Below, in pieces: positions 19,584 through 20,000 of a stretch of DNA of 20,000 nucleotides. Position 1 is the stretch's first letter. Every line of letters begins with the position of its first letter. Under the pieces are notes generated by a model that was not told where the DNA came from, searched no databases, and saw only the letters and a program-made list of their open reading frames with translations. Location of the stretch: assembly GCF_004010195.1 (NCBI RefSeq), contig NC_057718.1, forward strand, positions 26,311,026 through 26,331,025, written 5' to 3'. A program made the position numbers and the translations under genes. This DNA comes from Chiloscyllium plagiosum (Eukaryota).

Positions 19584-20000
19584 AGGAGAAAGTGAGGACT
19601 GCAGATGCTGGAGATCAGAGCTGAAAATGTGTTGCTGGAAAAGCGCAGCAGGTCGGCAGCATCCAAGGAACAGGATAATCAACGTTTTGGGCATAAGCCC
19701 TTCTTCAGGAATGAGGAAAGTGTGTCCAGCAGGCTAAGATAAAAGGTAGGGAGGAGGGACTTGGGGGAGGGGCGTTGGAAATGCGATAGGTGGAAGGAGG
19801 TCAAGGTGAGGGTGATAGGCCGGAATGGGGTGGGGGCGGAGAGGTCAGGAAGAAGATTGTTCTCTGGGACACCCGGACCAACCAACCCAACCACTCCGTG
19901 GCTCAACACTTCAACACCCCCTCCCACTCCACCAAGGACATGCAGGTCCTTGGACTCCTCCATCGCCAGACCATAGCAACACGACGGTTGGAGGAAGAGC
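19584..20000. mobile_element. Penelope-like element (family B) with inverted 3' region, running off the window
   Basis: 19584-~19859 is the minus-orientation 3' region (homologous to 17236-17435, with decayed hammerhead at 19678-19712). From ~19860 the plus strand encodes a PLE endonuclease segment. Confidence 0.9.
19862..19999 (+). pseudogene. PLE GIY-YIG endonuclease C-terminal fragment
   Basis: Open frame LWDTRTNQPNHSVAQHFNTPSHSTKDMQVLGLLHRQTIATRRLEEE, with the VAxHF..H...RxxEE pattern of Penelope-like GIY-YIG domains. Confidence 0.85.

Noticed and set aside
1..20000. CRISPR array, operon or prokaryotic defence system
   Set aside because: No regularly spaced repeats and no long ORFs; the content is vertebrate-type retroelement DNA.

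Overview
Eukaryotic, repeat-dense genomic DNA. The repeats recognised (HE1/V-SINE-type tRNA SINEs, CR1/HER1-type LINE relics, Penelope-like elements, Gypsy LTR relics) point to a cartilaginous fish, probably a shark; this is an inference. There is no intact long CDS, and most ORFs in the supplied track are repeat-derived or spurious. Main content: (i) an internally deleted Ty3/Gypsy element at ~38-1930 (- strand; two LTRs, PBS, PPT, gag and integrase relics) plus a solo LTR of the same family at 16736-16968; (ii) a second Gypsy gag-protease relic (~11190-11990) and a probable unrelated solo LTR (10048-10665); (iii) five Penelope-like (PLE) insertions of two families, all carrying minimal hammerhead-ribozyme motifs, three with fold-back/inverted architecture, including a very young 200-bp insert with a perfect 77-bp inverted repeat and a perfect 16-bp TSD; (iv) four HE1-like SINEs and many CR1 fragments, forming two nested 'Russian-doll' stacks; (v) a few unidentified candidate host exons on both strands. 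Repeat family assignments come from motif recognition by eye, not database searches.
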